Assembly: GCA_039744075.1 (NCBI GenBank)
Contig: JBCJUC010000004.1
Span: 16,629 to 80,628, forward strand
DNA: 64,000 nt
Direction of reading: 5' to 3'
From: Solirubrobacteraceae bacterium
GTDB taxonomy: Bacteria; Actinomycetota; Thermoleophilia; Solirubrobacterales; Solirubrobacteraceae
Positions 28,282-36,426 of the stretch are shown one piece after another. A program made the position numbers and the translations under genes. How positions within the stretch are numbered: the first letter of the stretch is position 1; every line of letters begins with the position of its first letter. The notes under the pieces were generated by a model. The model made no database searches. It saw only the letters and a program-made list of their open reading frames with translations, and was not told the DNA's origin.

Positions 28282-28620
28282 ATGGCTGAGAAGCAGAAGA
28301 CGCACGAGCAGCATGACCACGTTCACGGGCCGGGCTGCGGCCATACGGCAATCGTCCACGACGGCCACATCGACTTCATCCACGGCGGTCACCTGCATCA
28401 GCCTCATGGCGATCACTGCGACGAGCACACGATCGCGGTCGATGATCAGCGCCCCGAGCGCTGCGACCATGGCCACGGCTGCTCGGAGCACGTCCACGGC
28501 CCCGGCTGCGGCCACGAGGCGCTGCCACACGGCGAGCACACCGATTATCTGGTTGAGGGTCGCCTGCACCACCCCCACGGGGAACACTGCGACGATCACG
28601 GCGCAGTCGAATTGGCCTGA
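28282..28620 (+). CDS. His/Cys-rich metal-binding protein with an internal duplication
   Basis: 25 His and 6 Cys in 112 aa. Two copies of HVHGPGCGH-x-H-x-LH.PHG.HCD.H. Ends 24 nt upstream of the Zur-like gene. Confidence 0.7.
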   Translation: MAEKQKTHEQHDHVHGPGCGHTAIVHDGHIDFIHGGHLHQPHGDHCDEHTIAVDDQRPERCDHGHGCSEHVHGPGCGHEALPHGEHTDYLVEGRLHHPHGEHCDDHGAVELA

Positions 28621-28644
28621 GAACCAGTCTCATCGCTAGCCTGT

Positions 28645-29100
28645 TTGGCGATGGCCAAGCAGATCAACAGCGACTCCGACTGGGCAGCAGCGACCGGCGA
28701 ACGGCTGGCGGCGGCTGGCTACCGTCGCGGCGGCGCGCGAGCGGCGGTGATTGAGCTGCTCGCTGAGCAGAGCTGCGCACTGAGCGCTTACGAGATCGAA
28801 GCGCAGTTGGTGGCGCGCAAGCGAGCCGTCGGCCGCGCCAGCATCTACCGCGTGCTTGACGAGCTGGAAGCACTCGGCGTCGTCAGCAAGGTTGAGCTTG
28901 GCCAAGGCCAGGCCCGTTACGAACCGGTGCGCCCCGAACACCACCATCACCACCTCGTCTGTGACAGTTGCGGCGCCGTAATTCCGTTCGACGACCGCCC
29001 GCTTGAACTGGCCGTAACAGCGATCTCTAAGCGCGTCGACTTTGCAGTGGAAGGCCACGAGATTGTGCTGCACGGCCTCTGCGCCAGCTGCCGCCCCTGA
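28645..29100 (+). CDS. zur: Fur-family metalloregulator, Zur-like
   Basis: Winged helix ASIYRVLDELEALGVV. Metal sites EHHHHHLVCDSCG and LHGLCASC. Adjacent to a Zn/Mn-type ABC importer. Confidence 0.85.
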   Translation: MAMAKQINSDSDWAAATGERLAAAGYRRGGARAAVIELLAEQSCALSAYEIEAQLVARKRAVGRASIYRVLDELEALGVVSKVELGQGQARYEPVRPEHHHHHLVCDSCGAVIPFDDRPLELAVTAISKRVDFAVEGHEIVLHGLCASCRP

Positions 29101-29932
29101 AGCCGTCGCGCAGTGCGCGAACCAGCAGTGCGGCGATGAAGGCCGCGACCAGCGCGCAGGTGACCGCCGCTCCGGCCGCCAGATCGGCGTGGTAGGAGGC
29201 ATATAGCCCGAACAGCGAGGCCGCCCATGCGATTCCGACTGCCAGCGCCATCATCGCTGCGATCCGCGCAGTAAGTAGCCGCGCAGCGGCTGCCGGTCCG
29301 ATCAGCATGACGACGACCAGCAGGTTGCCGAGCGCCTGCACGGCGACCAGCGTCGCACCGGCCAGCAGCAGCGCTAGGACCAGGTCAAACGGCCCAGGCG
29401 AGCGGCCCATAGCCAGCGCTTGGCGACGATCGAAGCCCGTCACCAGCAGCGAATTGTGTAATACCACCAACACGATCAGGACGACGACGGCGAAGCCGCC
29501 GGCCAGGATGATCTCAGTCGTGCCGACCGCCAGCAGGTCGCCAAACAGAATTCCGTTCAGCCCGGCCGGCGTTGATGGCGCCAGTCCCAGCAGCACACCG
29601 GCGCCGAACAGCGTCGTGATCACGACCGACACGGCGACCTCAGTGCCAAGCAGCCTGATCCGACCGACGAGTGAGATCAGAGCCGCGCCGACAATCAGCC
29701 CGGCGGCGCCGCCAACGATCAGCGGCAGCCCAAGCAGCGCCGCGCCGACCAACCCTGGCAGCATCGAATGCGCCAACGACTCGGCGCTGTAAGCGCGGCC
29801 AGCAAGCACGATCCAACAGCCAAGCGTGCCGCCGACAACGCTAAGCAGCGCCAGTTCGATCAGGCTGCGGACGACGATCGGCTCGCGCAGCGGCTCTGTC
29901 AGCCAGTCGATCATCGCCTCAGCGCTGCTCAC
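29027..29932 (-). CDS. metal (Zn/Mn) ABC transporter permease, ABC-3 family
   Basis: About 8 TM helices and a ZnuB/MntB-like sequence (LIELALLSVVGGTLGCWIVL). The last 74 nt overlap the convergent zur 3' end. Confidence 0.85.
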   Translation of the reverse strand: MSSAEAMIDWLTEPLREPIVVRSLIELALLSVVGGTLGCWIVLAGRAYSAESLAHSMLPGLVGAALLGLPLIVGGAAGLIVGAALISLVGRIRLLGTEVAVSVVITTLFGAGVLLGLAPSTPAGLNGILFGDLLAVGTTEIILAGGFAVVVLIVLVVLHNSLLVTGFDRRQALAMGRSPGPFDLVLALLLAGATLVAVQALGNLLVVVMLIGPAAAARLLTARIAAMMALAVGIAWAASLFGLYASYHADLAAGAAVTCALVAAFIAALLVRALRDGFRGGSWRRGRAAQSRGLPLQSRRA

Positions 29933-30704
29933 CGTGGTCGTGGTGATGTGGCGGCAGGATCGACAACGATTCGTCGCCCGGCAGTGCCACCAGAGCCGCC
30001 CCGTAGGTGCGTTCGATCACCTCACGCGTCAATACCTCGGACGGTCGTCCGAAGGCAATCTGCACGCGGTTGCAGCAGAGCACCAGGTCCCAGCTGCGGG
30101 CCTGTTCGATGTCGTGCGTCGCGATCAGCAGCCCGCGCCCTTCAGCGGCGAGCTCGTCGAACAGCACGGTCAGCAGCTCGGCGCTTGGCGCGTCGATCCC
30201 TGCGAAGGGTTCATCGAGCAGCAGTAGCGGCGAGTCCTGCACCAGCGCTCGCGCAACCAGCACCCGCTGGCGCTGACCGCCTGACAGCTCGCCGAAGGTC
30301 ATCCCGGCCATCTCTGCCATGCCGACGCGGCGCAGCGACTCCAGCGCCAGTCGGCGGTCAGCGCGTGATGGGCGACGCCACCAAGCGAGCCGCGAGACCG
30401 ACCCCATCAGCGCTACATCGAGCGCGCTGACCGGATAATCGAGGCGCGAGCGCTCACCCTGGGGCACCAGCGCCGGGCGGCCGGCGAAGAGCTCAATCTC
30501 GCCTGATGACGGGGCAAGCTCGCCGGTCATCACGCGCATCAGCGTCGACTTACCGCCGCCGTTTGGACCGAGCAGCGCGACGCGGTCGCCGCGCTTGATC
30601 TCGCAGGTGATACTGCTGATCGATGGTGCCGCTGCGCCCGGGTAGCGCGCCGCCAACCGGTCGCAGACGACCAGCGGCTGATCGCTTAGCGGCTGATCAG
30701 GCAT
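29919..30704 (-). CDS. metal ABC transporter ATP-binding protein
   Basis: Walker A LLGPNGGGKSTL, signature LSGGQRQRVLVARAL, Walker B LLLLDEP. Confidence 0.9.
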   Translation of the reverse strand: MPDQPLSDQPLVVCDRLAARYPGAAAPSISSITCEIKRGDRVALLGPNGGGKSTLMRVMTGELAPSSGEIELFAGRPALVPQGERSRLDYPVSALDVALMGSVSRLAWWRRPSRADRRLALESLRRVGMAEMAGMTFGELSGGQRQRVLVARALVQDSPLLLLDEPFAGIDAPSAELLTVLFDELAAEGRGLLIATHDIEQARSWDLVLCCNRVQIAFGRPSEVLTREVIERTYGAALVALPGDESLSILPPHHHDHGEQR

Positions 30705-32401
30705 CGCACTCTCCCGCCCGAGATACCGCCGACGATTGCCTGCGTGTTGGCCAGCGCAGCGCCGATCAGCGTGCCGGCGGCGGCGGTGCGCGGGCCGAGC
30801 GTGTCGCCGTATAGCTGATAGTTCGATGATGCGCCGGTGTCGCTGGCGATCCGGTCGGCAAGCGCCCGGTTAAGCGAACTCTCGGGGAAGATCGCCACAA
30901 CCTTCAGCGCCTTGATTTTCGCCTCCAGCGCCGCAACCTCACCGGCCGATGCCTGGGACTGGGTCGAGGTCGAAGGGAAGATGGCGCCGACCGACCGCAA
31001 GCCGTAGCGGCTCGTGTAGTAGACGAAGGCGTCGTGGTCGGTGACGATCAGCCGTCGGCTCGGCGCAATGCGGTTGATGCAGGCACTGATTGCCCTGTCG
31101 GCACTGCGCAGCTTCGCCCGGTAGGCGCGAGCGTTGGCGATGATCAGCTCGCGCGCCTTTGGGTCAGCGGCGATCAACGCGCGCTCAATCTGCGTTGTTG
31201 CCGCCGCAACGTTTGCCAGGTCCTGCCACCAGTGCGGGTCGGTGGCGCCGCCAGCTAAATGCCGTTTGACAGGGACGCCGCCGCCAACGTCGATCACGCG
31301 TGCGCCGGAACCGGACTGCTCAACCAGTTTGGCGGACCACCGGTCGAGCCCCAGCCCGCTGGTGAACAGCAGCTTTGCGTCGGCGACCGAGGCGACGTCG
31401 GCCGGCCGCGGCTCATAGTCGTGGGCCTCCGAGTTGGGCGTCAGAATCTGCTCCACGCTGACGGCGCTACCGCCGACCTGACGGACGATGTCGCCAAGCT
31501 GCGTCGTCGTTGCAGCAACCGTCAGTTTCTGCGTATCGTTCGGCCCGCCACCGGCGCAACCGGTCAACATCAGCCCGCTCGCGACGGCAGCGCAGAGCGC
31601 CGCCGGGGCGAGCCACGGCCGCCGCGCGCGCAGCGCAGTTGCCACGGCGACAAGGGCGAAAACAAGTCCGGAGAGGACAGCAATCGCAGCTCCCGGCGGC
31701 AGATTGAGCTGGAAGGCAAGGACCATGCCGGCGACGCCCTCTGCCGCCGCCAGCGCTGCCGTCGCGAGCTGCCACCTGATCAGGCGGCCGGTTAGCAGTC
31801 GCATCGTCGCCGCCGGTACAACAAGGATCGCCGTCGCCAGTAGCGCGCCGACTGCGGCGAGCGCGGCAACGGCGGCCAGCGCGATCAGGCCAATCAGCAG
31901 CGCGTCGCCGCGACCACCGCGGTTCCTGAAGCCGCTGGCCAACCAGCGCGGGCCGGCAAGCAGCGTCGCCGCCAGTGCCAGCGCCGCGGTCAGCGCCGCC
32001 AGTGCCAGTTCGGGCGGTCCGATCGCCAGCAGACTTCCAAACAGCAAGCGGTCAACGCTGCCTTGCGAGCCGAAGACGTCGCTAGCGAGGATCACGCCAA
32101 GCGCCAGTGCACCAGCCAACACGATTGCCGTCGCGCTGTCGCCGCCGACCGAGCGTCGGCGCACCAGCAGCGTTATCAGCGCAGCCATCAGCAGTGCCGC
32201 GCTGAATGCGCCGAGCAGGGGCGCGAAGCCAAGCCCGTCCGCCAGTACAAGCCCCGGCACGGCGGCGCTGCCTACGGCGTGGGTATAGAAGGCCATGCCG
32301 CGTAACACAATCCATACGCCGAGCGTCCCGGCAACCGAAGCGAGCAGCAGAACCTCAACGATCCCCCGCTGGAAGAACGGCAATGTGAAGCTGTCAAACA
32401 C
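30686..32401 (-). CDS. in-frame fusion of an ABC-3 permease (aa 1 to about 255) with a ZnuA/cluster A-I metal-binding lipoprotein (aa about 253 to 571)
   Basis: N-terminal half is permease-like (FFQRGIVEVLLLASVAGTLGVWIVL). C-terminal half is SBP-like (LTVAATTTQLGDIVRQVGG...NSEAHDYEPRP...DPHWW). No stop lies between them. A complete signal peptide plus lipobox (RARRPWLAPAALCAAVASGLMLTGC, Cys codon 31558-31556) sits at the junction. Confidence 0.75.
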   Translation of the reverse strand: MFDSFTLPFFQRGIVEVLLLASVAGTLGVWIVLRGMAFYTHAVGSAAVPGLVLADGLGFAPLLGAFSAALLMAALITLLVRRRSVGGDSATAIVLAGALALGVILASDVFGSQGSVDRLLFGSLLAIGPPELALAALTAALALAATLLAGPRWLASGFRNRGGRGDALLIGLIALAAVAALAAVGALLATAILVVPAATMRLLTGRLIRWQLATAALAAAEGVAGMVLAFQLNLPPGAAIAVLSGLVFALVAVATALRARRPWLAPAALCAAVASGLMLTGCAGGGPNDTQKLTVAATTTQLGDIVRQVGGSAVSVEQILTPNSEAHDYEPRPADVASVADAKLLFTSGLGLDRWSAKLVEQSGSGARVIDVGGGVPVKRHLAGGATDPHWWQDLANVAAATTQIERALIAADPKARELIIANARAYRAKLRSADRAISACINRIAPSRRLIVTDHDAFVYYTSRYGLRSVGAIFPSTSTQSQASAGEVAALEAKIKALKVVAIFPESSLNRALADRIASDTGASSNYQLYGDTLGPRTAAAGTLIGAALANTQAIVGGISGGRVRCLISR

Positions 32402-32416
32402 AGCCCCAGCTTATCA

Positions 32417-32427
32417 GGAATGATTCC
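32417..32427. promoter_or_regulatory. Fur/Zur-box-like palindrome GGAATGATTCC
   Basis: Exact 5-1-5 palindrome around an ATGAT core, 16-26 nt upstream of the ABC operon start, inside a 35-nt intergenic gap. It resembles a GC-shifted actinobacterial Zur box (TGAAAATGATTTTCA). Confidence 0.35.
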
Positions 32428-32436
32428 CAATACTGC

Positions 32437-32784
32437 TTATCTGGCCTGTGCCGCGAGCGGCGCGGCGACGGGCTGCTGGTCGAGCCAACGCTCACCGAAG
32501 CAGCGCATGTCGTCGATCAGCGGCAGCAGCGCACGACCCTTATCGGTCAGCGCGTACTCGACCCGTGGCGACATCTCAGGCAGCTCGCGGCGCTCGATGA
32601 TTGCTTCTTCCTCAAGCTCGCGCAGACGCAGTGACAACGTGCGCGGGCTGATCCCGCTCAGCGAGCGCTCCAGCTCGCAGAAGCGCGACAGCCCCTGATC
32701 AAGCTCGCGCACGACGAGCAGCGTCCACTTGGCGCAGACGATATCGGCGGTGCGACAGACAGGGCAGTCAGGATCGATAGCCAC
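32437..32784 (-). CDS. HxlR family transcriptional regulator
   Basis: CPVCRTADIVCAKWTLLVVREL...RFCELERSLSGISPRTLSLRLRELEEEAII.R...PRVEYALTDKG. Confidence 0.85.
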   Translation of the reverse strand: MAIDPDCPVCRTADIVCAKWTLLVVRELDQGLSRFCELERSLSGISPRTLSLRLRELEEEAIIERRELPEMSPRVEYALTDKGRALLPLIDDMRCFGERWLDQQPVAAPLAAQAR

Positions 32785-32896
32785 TCAATCACTTTACCAA
32801 CGATAGTGCCCATGACGATCCGTTATAACCAGTACCGCAGGGTCTTCGCAGGGCGGGAGAACTCCAGCGAGGACGGCTAACTGCGTCAGCTGCGGA

Positions 32897-33814
32897 TCAG
32901 CTTCCGCTGCTGTTGGTCTGCTTCGGACGCGAGCGCACAGTCCAGTCGCGTCCACCGTTGTTCGAGATCAACACCGTGCCGCCATCATGAAGCGCGACAT
33001 AGAGCGCGTCGCGCTCAGCCTGGAAAGCCGCCGGAGCTCCGTCGACCCGACCGATCGTCTGCCAGCTTCGCCCTTGGTCTGTGCTGCGGGACAGCTGCCC
33101 GTCAAGCGTCATGCGATAGACGCCGTCAGCTCGCCAGCCAAGCAGCCCGGGCGCGCCGTCCAGCCGTTTCCAACTACGTGCCGCGTCGTCGGAGCGGTAG
33201 AGGGCACGCTCGTCGGCGGCCAAGATCCGATCCGCGTCGTCAGGGGAGATTGCAAGGTCGATCAGCATTAGCGCGCTGGGCAGCTTGCGCTTGCGCCAAG
33301 TCTCGCCGCCGTTGTCGCTGACCAGCAGCTGACCGGCTCTGGTATCGAAGTCTGAACCGAACCCCACCACCCGTCGGCCGGAGGCTTCCAGAATGTGGAA
33401 GTCTGCCTTTCCGAGTAGCGAGACTGGTTGCCATGTCTGCCCAGCGTCCTGTGAACGGATCAGGCCCAGATAAGGCGGAAGCTTCTCTCGCAGGTCGGGA
33501 TGCCCGGAGCCGAGGAAGCGGTTGGGCCCCACCACGGTAAAGCCCATCGTGTCCTGATATCTCCCGGCTACCCGGACGGCTGTCTGGTCGCCTTTCGGCG
33601 CTCGGAACAACCCAGTGTGGGTGGCGATAAACAGCGCTCCGTCGCTTGGGTTGATGCCGAGCCCGTGAACATGGACAGGGCCCGGATCGATAACAGAAGC
33701 GCTGGGCTGCCCTGAGTCTTGGTCATCGCTGCGATCGCCGCCGCAACCAGCAAAAACCCCGACGCCGAGCACGACGAGCAACACGGACCTAGAACGCCTA
33801 AACACTGCAGTCAT
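32897..33814 (-). CDS. BNR/Asp-box repeat beta-propeller lipoprotein (Ycf48-like)
   Basis: Lipobox VFAGCGG. Five Asp-box repeats: SQDAGQTW, SDNGGETW, SDDAARSW, STDQGRSW, SNNGGRDW. Confidence 0.75.
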   Translation of the reverse strand: MTAVFRRSRSVLLVVLGVGVFAGCGGDRSDDQDSGQPSASVIDPGPVHVHGLGINPSDGALFIATHTGLFRAPKGDQTAVRVAGRYQDTMGFTVVGPNRFLGSGHPDLREKLPPYLGLIRSQDAGQTWQPVSLLGKADFHILEASGRRVVGFGSDFDTRAGQLLVSDNGGETWRKRKLPSALMLIDLAISPDDADRILAADERALYRSDDAARSWKRLDGAPGLLGWRADGVYRMTLDGQLSRSTDQGRSWQTIGRVDGAPAAFQAERDALYVALHDGGTVLISNNGGRDWTVRSRPKQTNSSGS

Positions 33815-33847
33815 CCTAGCCGCTGGCTGCCGCGTCCGGCGCCTAGG

Positions 33848-34945
33848 TCAGGCGACGTCGCGCAGCTTCTGCGCTTCGGCCAGCGACTGCAGCTTCTTCA
33901 GTGACTGATTCTCAATCTGGCGGATCCGCTCCCGCGTCACGTTGAAGGTTCGGCCCACCTCGTCAAGCGTTCGGGGATGCTCGCCGCCCAGTCCGTAGCG
34001 CAGCTCCAGCACGCGGCGCTCACGGTAGGAGAGGTTTTCCAGCGCCTCGCGCAGCGCCTCCTTAGTCAGCACTTCGGCGGCGCGCTCGTAGGGCGACTCG
34101 GCCCGCTCGTCGGCGATGAACTGACCGAACTCCGATTCCTCTTCATCGCCAACCGGCTTCTCAAGCGAGACCGGCGCCTGCGCTGAGCGCTTGATCTGAT
34201 CGACCTCTTCGGGGTCGATGCCGGTCACTTCGGCGATCTCCTGCGGTGTCGGTTCACGACCCAGCTCAGTCACCAGCTTGCGCTCGGCGCGGCCGATCTT
34301 GTTGAGCTTCTCGACAACGTGAACCGGGATCCGGATCGTCCGCGCCTTGTCGGCCAGGGCGCGGGCAATTGCTTGGCGGATCCACCATGTTGCGTAGGTC
34401 GAAAACTTGAATCCCTTGCGATAGTCGAACTTCTCAGCGGCGCGGACAAGGCCCAGTGTCCCTTCCTGAATCAGATCAAGAAACGGCAGGCCCTGGTTGC
34501 GGTAGTTCTTCGCAATCGAGACAACGAGGCGCAGGTTCGACTCGACCATCTTGTGCTTGGCAGCAAGGTCGCCGCGCTCGATCTTCTTCGCCAGATCGAC
34601 CTCTTCCTGAGCAGTCAGCAGCCGGACCTTGCCGATATCCTTGAGGAACAGCTGCAACGAGTCGGTCGTCATGTCGGGGCGCAGATCGATCGCTGCCTTG
34701 GCACGCCGGCGCGTCCGCTTGTCGGGCGCACGCTCAACCTGATCGGTCGGCGCCGACGGATCGTCGTCGATCAGCTCAATCTCCTGGCTTTCGATCCAGG
34801 TCTTCAGTTCCTCGCGGTCCGAATCATCAAGATCGAGCTCCGCCGTGGCGCTGGCGATGTCGGCGTGCGACAGCACTCCGGTCTGCGCGCCGCGGGCGAC
34901 AAGCGTCTTGATCTCTTCCAGTTCCTGAAACTCGCTGACGGTCAT
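33848..34945 (-). CDS. rpoD: primary-type RNA polymerase sigma-70 factor
   Basis: Region 2 [16 protein letters not shown], region 3 [13 protein letters not shown], region 4.2 [20 protein letters not shown]. Confidence 0.92.
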   Translation of the reverse strand: MTVSEFQELEEIKTLVARGAQTGVLSHADIASATAELDLDDSDREELKTWIESQEIELIDDDPSAPTDQVERAPDKRTRRRAKAAIDLRPDMTTDSLQLFLKDIGKVRLLTAQEEVDLAKKIERGDLAAKHKMVESNLRLVVSIAKNYRNQGLPFLDLIQEGTLGLVRAAEKFDYRKGFKFSTYATWWIRQAIARALADKARTIRIPVHVVEKLNKIGRAERKLVTELGREPTPQEIAEVTGIDPEEVDQIKRSAQAPVSLEKPVGDEEESEFGQFIADERAESPYERAAEVLTKEALREALENLSYRERRVLELRYGLGGEHPRTLDEVGRTFNVTRERIRQIENQSLKKLQSLAEAQKLRDVA

Positions 34946-35147
34946 AGCATCCGTTTCGTACTCGGGTCAGATTCATCCGGCTGCGCCGGGGCACCTTTGA
35001 CAGTAGAAGCTCAGCGACGCTATCCCCCCTCAGCGCCAACCGATTTCCACCGATCAGAGTCTCCAGAGTACTGCCGTTGCGAATCGGGCGGTAAAGAATT
35101 ACACGCTAAATCCCTCTTCTTCGACCCAGCCGTGGCAGAATAGAGCG

Positions 35148-35486
35148 ATGCCTACTTCCGAGCCACGCGATCAGCAGAATGAAAACGACGTGCTGACGAA
35201 CCTGCCTCGCAGCCGCCGTCAGCGACCAAGCGTGCGCCGCGACGCCGCCAGAGCGGCGCAGGCCAGTGCCAAAACGCGCGCCACACTGACCGGCACTGCA
35301 GAGCCGGTGATCGTCGAAGCAGCGGGAAACAAGCAGGCCAAGCAGCCAACGCCTCCGGCCGCGGCAAGTGTCGTGCCACGCGCCGGTTACGCGACTCCGA
35401 ACGCCGGCCACAGCTTTGGCGACGCCGATCCGGCCGGGCTGCTGACCGAGCTGACGCGCGCCGCGCTGCGGCTGCTGCCCGGCTGA
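35148..35486 (+). CDS. hypothetical basic, low-complexity protein
   Basis: Only an ORF with acceptable GC3. No motif. Divergent from rpoD. Confidence 0.35.
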   Translation: MPTSEPRDQQNENDVLTNLPRSRRQRPSVRRDAARAAQASAKTRATLTGTAEPVIVEAAGNKQAKQPTPPAAASVVPRAGYATPNAGHSFGDADPAGLLTELTRAALRLLPG

Positions 35487-35535
35487 CAGCGCCGCCAGCT
35501 CAGTTAGTCACACCCACAACGGCCGCTTGCTGTAC

Positions 35536-35690
35536 CCTTCGAGGGGTAATTGCCGAACCGCTTCGCGCCCTGCGTGAGGCGGACGGGGGAACCACTGCGA
35601 GTCGCAAGGCTCGCTGGGGCGAATCAGACGCTTTGCGTCGGTAGGGCCGCTCGTTTGGCCCGAGCCCGTCAGCTCACCTCGTAGGCCATC
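35536..35690 (+). promoter_or_regulatory. cyclic-di-AMP (ydaO/yuaA-type) riboswitch
   Basis: Conserved blocks GGACGGGGGAACCAC, CTGGGGCGAATCAG and GCCCGAGCCCGTCAGCTCACCTCGTAGGC. An enclosing helix pairs CGAGG (35540-35544) with CCTCG (35677-35681). It is upstream of an RlpA-like cell-wall gene, the usual actinobacterial context. Confidence 0.85.
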
Positions 35691-35751
35691 AACGAGAGCG
35701 ATACAGATCCACCTGATTCACCGACAGCTATTTGCCCTACCCGCCGCCTTA

Positions 35752-36420
35752 ATGCTGCTGGCCTGCGCAGCCGTGCCCGCCGGCGCTCAGGTAACCGGCG
35801 GCATCACGCCCACTGACGCGCTGCTCAGCGCCAAGCCGGCGACGCTCGGCGCGGCCGTCCGATTTGAAGGAATGCTGGCCGGTAGCGGCCCCGGGCGCCG
35901 CGTTGACATTCAGCTGCGGTCAAGCGACGGCAGCTGGCGGACAATCGTCCGCGGCCCGGTCGCAGCAAATGGCGCATTCAAACTGAGCTGGAAGGCGACA
36001 AAGCGCGGCCGTTTCCTCGCCCGGGCGCTCGCCAGCGGCGGGCGCAAGGCCGAGCAAAGTAACCACCCGACGACGATAATCAGCGTCCACAGTAAGACTC
36101 AGGCAACTTGGTACGACCAGAGCGGCACGACGACGGCCTGCGGCGTTCGACTGAAGAAGAAGACGCTCGGTGTCGCCCACAAGACGCTGCGCTGCGGCAC
36201 GCTGCTCGAGTTCAGCTTCCGTGGTCGTTCAATCACAGTGCCGGTTATCGACCGTGGCCCTTACGGCGCCGGCATCAGCTACGACTTCACGATTGAGGTC
36301 GCGCGCCGCCTTGGCTTCGTCAACACCGGCCGCGGCAGCGTCGGCGTTCTGGCGCACAGCAACGCTCTGACAGCGTTCGGTGGACCGGTGCTGCCTGGCA
36401 CGCGGGCCAGCGACAACTGA
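35752..36420 (+). CDS. secreted RlpA-like double-psi beta-barrel (lytic transglycosylase-like) protein
   Basis: DPBB region ATWYDQSGTTTACG...CGTLLEFSFRGRSITVPVIDRGPY. The true start is probably upstream of the first ATG (see findings). Confidence 0.8.
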   Translation: MLLACAAVPAGAQVTGGITPTDALLSAKPATLGAAVRFEGMLAGSGPGRRVDIQLRSSDGSWRTIVRGPVAANGAFKLSWKATKRGRFLARALASGGRKAEQSNHPTTIISVHSKTQATWYDQSGTTTACGVRLKKKTLGVAHKTLRCGTLLEFSFRGRSITVPVIDRGPYGAGISYDFTIEVARRLGFVNTGRGSVGVLAHSNALTAFGGPVLPGTRASDN

Positions 36421-36426
36421 GCGACC

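Noticed and set aside
28645-29100. HHHHH run in the Zur-like protein as a possible engineered His-tag
   Set aside because: The run is internal, directly precedes the CxxC of the structural zinc site where Fur-family proteins naturally carry His clusters, and no vector-like sequence flanks it.
28636-29202. 188-aa minus-strand ORF opposite zur
   Set aside because: No motifs, and antisense to a Fur-family gene with clear wHTH and Cys/His metal sites.
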